From Alphaproteobacteria bacterium (GTDB lineage: Bacteria > Pseudomonadota > Alphaproteobacteria > SP197), in assembly GCA_964291265.2 (NCBI GenBank), contig OZ219747.1:1504001-1568000 (forward strand): a stretch of DNA of 64,000 nt. Direction: 5' to 3'. Positions 60,695-64,000 of this stretch are shown piece by piece. How positions within the stretch are numbered: the first letter of the stretch is position 1; each line of letters opens with the position of its first letter. The position numbers were made by a program, and so were the translations under genes. The notes beneath the pieces are model-generated. The model worked only from the letters and a program-made list of their open reading frames with translations, was not told the DNA's origin and ran no database searches.

Positions 60695-61514
60695 GTAACT
60701 GCCCAGGTCTGATTTCGCCGAGTCCTGACGGGAGGTGGATTGATGGCTGCGGTCTGATGGCGCCGAGGAGGGATGTCAGAAGCGCAGTTTCGGGATCAGC
60801 TGTATGGGATCGGGGTGGGCCAGTGTTTCGAGGACATTCCAGCCCTGTTTTCGGGCGATGGAGATGACGGATCGCAGCTTGGCGAAGTCCCATGCGCCCT
60901 GCATGGATCGGAAGCCGCCCGAGATTTTCTGGCGCAGCTTGCTCATGCGGAAGTCTTGCTCGGCCTGGTTGTTGGAGAACGGGACTTGCGGGTTGGTGAG
61001 GAAGCGCAGGCAGCCGTCCTTATGTTTGTGAAGGCGGAGCGCGAGGTTGTGGCCGATGCGGCGTTTTCGTCGTCCGCGCTTTCCGGGCTGGAGCGGCGAC
61101 CTCTGTTCGTGGGAAGCGATGGCCTGCTCGAGGATCCTGTCCCAGGCTTGCGAGATGCGGGCGAGGAGTGAAGCGGGGATGTCGCGGTCGTTCTTGCGGG
61201 CGAAGCGGGCGGCTCTGTTGGCACGGATGAGGAGCCTGTGCATGGCGGTGGCCCAGTCTTCCTTCTCGATCTCGATCAGAGCCTGGAGTTCGCGCGAGCG
61301 ATGGGCGTTGCAGGCACCGTGGCGCACGCCTTCGAGAGTGAAGTAAGTGGCCAAGTCGTCATGGATGACGATGCCGTTGAGTGTCTCGTCGATGTGTTTG
61401 CGCCCGGTGGCGATGCGCAGGATGGTGAGCAAGGGGGTGCACAGCACATGGAGCCAGTGGGTCTGGCCGTTGATGCGGATACCGGTCTCGTCGAGGTGTT
61501 TGACCGGTGCTTGG
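60695..61514 (-). pseudogene. IS66-family transposase 3' half with its right end
   Basis: VKHLDETG, IHDD, CNAH..REL, FSNNQAEQDFRM (stop at 60776); IR-like GTAACTGCCCA at 60695. Confidence 0.82.
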
Positions 61515-61727
61515 GTGCGGTGTGCCAGGTGAACTGGCGGAAGGTAGGGGGTGAAAGTCCCCTGGAACGAAGGAGTAACCAAACCACGTTTCTCCGCGAG
61601 CCGTGCGTCGGTTCCCGCGAGGGGGCAGGCGAAGCGTCGGTAGCGGTGCGGATGGGCGGGGCTAATGAGCACCGAAAAAGCAGTCATCCGGGGTGCCGAG
61701 GCTTTCGTACCGGTCGAAGGCAACATC
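61515..61727 (+). ncRNA. Truncated group II intron 5' region (domain I), antisense to the IS66 transposase
   Basis: Begins GTGCG at the point where transposase similarity stops; contains GGTGAAAGTCCC, GAGCCGTGCGTC...CGCGAGGG...GGCGAAGCGT and GGGTGCCGA...GAAGGCAACAT; no RT ORF or domain V follows. Confidence 0.7.
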
Positions 61728-62224
61728 GCAGGCATCGGCACCCTTGCCATGAACGGCATCAACGTTCGGCGCTGGCTTCATGAGTGGCTTGATGCCTGCG
61801 CGCAGAACGGCGGCAAGCCGCCGGATGACCTCGACCCGTGGCTGCCATGGTCGATGAGCCCGGAGCGCCGACGGGACCTCACGGAACCGGGGTGATCGAG
61901 TGCCGTTACGACGGCCGTGACTTCACCGCGCACGAGATGGCGCTGTTGCGCTCCCTGATCACCCAGCACCCCACCCGTGCGGCCATCGCCCGCGCCTTCT
62001 GCCGCGAGACCGGCTGATACAAGCCCGACGGCGGCCTCAAGAACATGATGGCGAGTGTCACCTTCCTGGCCATGCACCGCGACGGCCTCATCACCCTGCC
62101 GCCACCCAAACACCCGCCGGTCCGGCCCAAGCCCATCGTCTTCGGACCCGACAGCGAACCGCCTCTCAAACGCATCCTCAACCGGTGAATATCACCAACA
62201 ATCACAGCGTGACCGAACGCTTAC
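61728..62224 (+). pseudogene. IS66 transposase C-terminal tail plus DUF4338 N-terminal remnant and IS right end
   Basis: NGINVRRWL...WLPWSM; RYDGRDFT...FCRETG*YKPDGGLK...MHRDGLITLPPP; terminus GCGTGACCGAACGCTTAC. Confidence 0.7.
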
Positions 62225-62230
62225 GGCGCA

Positions 62231-64000
62231 TCAGCCGACGAAGTCGAAATCGGCCTCGGTCAGTTGCGACGCCTGGACCCCCTCCAGGGTGACAGTACCC
62301 GACCACCAAGTGATGACGGCACCGCTGTCGGTCTGCCGGATATCGAGGTCGTCGAAGCCGAGTTCCGAGTCGACCGAATAGAAGGCGATGCGGTCACTCA
62401 CGAGCCTCCCGTTCTCGAAGTCGAGGATCGTGTCGTCGCCACCATACGTGAATCCGAACCGGTCGCTGAAGCCCGCACGGCCCCGGAGCGTGTCATCACC
62501 CATGCTGTCGTCGAGTATCAAGTGGGGTTCGTTTAATTCGACCGGAACGTGGGCAAAGACATCGGCCTTGCTCAGTTGCCACGCCTGAATCCCCTCCAGG
62601 GTGATGGTCCCCAGGGACCAGGTGATGACGGTGTCACTGCCGGACTGCTGGATCTCGAGGTCGTCGAAGCGGTACTCCCCATCGACCGAGCCGAGGACGA
62701 TGTAGTCCGTCCCGTCCTCGAAGTCGAGGATCGTGTCGTCGCCACCATCCTTGAATCCCCACTTGCTGGCGTAGCCCTCCGTTCCGAAAACGAAATAGTC
62801 GTTGCCCTCCCCGCCCCGGAGCGTGTCATTGCCCAGACCACCCGAGAGCCAATCCCAGCCTTTGCCACCTTCCAGCAGGTCGTCGCCGTCACGACCTCTC
62901 AGCGTGTCGTTGCCATCGCCGCCCCAGAGCTCATCGTCACCCGAGTTGCCGCGGAGGAGGTCTCTCCCCGCGCCGCCATAGATCTTGTCATCGCCTTTTC
63001 GACCGTAGAGCTTGTCGTCACCCGAGTTGCCGTAGATCGTGTCGTCGCACGCGGTGCCAAAGAGCGATTCGGCGCCCGCGCCGCCATGAATGGTCTCACC
63101 GCAGTCCTCGACGTCGAGCGGTTCATCGCCCGAAGTGCCCGGGATCGTGTCTTCGTCGTTGTTGGCATTCGGGTCGCCGCCGTCGTTGTCGTTGTCGAGG
63201 GGGTTGCCGCCGTCATTGTCGTCGTCGCTCGTACTGGCGCCGTACACGACCGTTTCACCGCCGCCACCGCCGGCCGGCAGGATGAAGTCGTCCGCGTCCA
63301 AGCCGCCCACCGACACACCCGACAGTCTGATCGTGTCGCCGCTGTCGCCATAACCGATGACGGCATCGCCGTCGTCCTGCTCGATGATCAGCGCCTCAAA
63401 CCCGCCGGATACGCCATCCAGGCGAATCCTGTCGCCACCCCCGAAGTCGGTAATGGTGTCGGCCCCGTCTCCCGCCGCGAACACGAAAGTGTCGCTGCCC
63501 TTGCCGCCAGCCAGCGTGTCGTCGCCGGCCCCGCCGGTCAGCGTGTCGGCGCCCCTGGCGCCACGCAGGGTGTCGTCGCCAGCTCCGCCCATCAGCGTGT
63601 CATTGCCCTTGCCGCCCCCCAGGGTGTCGTCGCCAGCCCCGCCGGTCAGCGTGTCGGCGCCCAGGCCGCCATAGAGGAGGTCGTCGCCGGCCCCACCGGT
63701 CAGCGTGTCGGCGCCCCTGTAGCCACGCAGGGTGTCGTCGCCATCACCGCCGGTCAGCGTGTCGGCGCCCTTGCCGCCCTTCAGTACCTCGCCGCCAGCA
63801 GGCCCGCCGCTCGAGGCGTCGCCGGACGCGCCCTCCGGCGGTGCACCCTGTGCCAGGGCGTCCGGCGAGACAGCCTCCTCGCCGCCAGCCTCCGGCGGTG
63901 CGGTCCCGGCATCCGGAAACCGGAAGTCGTCCGCGCCCAGGGAGGACGCCGTCACGTTCTCCAGCGTGATCGTGTCGCCGTCACCGTAGCGGATGACGGT
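62231..64000 (-). CDS. RTX/hemolysin-type calcium-binding repeat protein, 3' part (start beyond the window)
   Basis: Many GGxGxDxLx nonapeptides and repeated DTI.DF...D.I / ITLEG modules; frame open to the window edge. Confidence 0.9.
   Translation of the reverse strand, partial: TVIRYGDGDTITLENVTASSLGADDFRFPDAGTAPPEAGGEEAVSPDALAQGAPPEGASGDASSGGPAGGEVLKGGKGADTLTGGDGDDTLRGYRGADTLTGGAGDDLLYGGLGADTLTGGAGDDTLGGGKGNDTLMGGAGDDTLRGARGADTLTGGAGDDTLAGGKGSDTFVFAAGDGADTITDFGGGDRIRLDGVSGGFEALIIEQDDGDAVIGYGDSGDTIRLSGVSVGGLDADDFILPAGGGGGETVVYGASTSDDDNDGGNPLDNDNDGGDPNANNDEDTIPGTSGDEPLDVEDCGETIHGGAGAESLFGTACDDTIYGNSGDDKLYGRKGDDKIYGGAGRDLLRGNSGDDELWGGDGNDTLRGRDGDDLLEGGKGWDWLSGGLGNDTLRGGEGNDYFVFGTEGYASKWGFKDGGDDTILDFEDGTDYIVLGSVDGEYRFDDLEIQQSGSDTVITWSLGTITLEGIQAWQLSKADVFAHVPVELNEPHLILDDSMGDDTLRGRAGFSDRFGFTYGGDDTILDFENGRLVSDRIAFYSVDSELGFDDLDIRQTDSGAVITWWSGTVTLEGVQASQLTEADFDFVG

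Noticed and set aside
1-64000. tRNA, rRNA, integrase or prophage genes
   Set aside because: None recognised by eye; tRNAscan/Infernal would be needed to exclude small RNAs

Overview
GC-rich bacterial window, probably an alphaproteobacterium (inferred from fxsA-tim44-mltA-smr synteny, ccmF/H/I and the SH3/gyaR pair). Housekeeping and metabolic blocks (GmaS-like glutamine synthetase plus Amt, flavin demethylase, GAPDH-arsJ, ccmFHI, lutABC, dioxygenases) alternate with heavily IS-bombarded accessory DNA. Three insertions can be resolved to the base by terminal inverted repeats and target-site duplications (TSDs): (i) a 2447-bp IS at 10324-12770 inside a DUF4338-ISAs1 transposase gene; (ii) a 5326-bp IS21-family element at 16514-21839 inside an IS630 remnant, which co-encodes a Toprim primase-like protein; (iii) a 2456-bp IS66-family element at 44216-46671 carrying a DNA adenine methyltransferase. 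The strongest candidate for a poorly described system is a coupled five-gene operon at 38178-48842: DUF559/Vsr-like nuclease, membrane-anchored coiled-coil protein with an exact 13-heptad duplication, membrane-anchored coiled-coil McrB-like NTPase, DUF2357 McrC-like protein without obvious nuclease motifs, and an about 847-aa divergent Hsp70/actin-fold-like protein split by element (iii). An SBD-HNH nuclease and an orphan DarT-like gene lie nearby. Family assignments come from motif recognition by eye, not from database searches.
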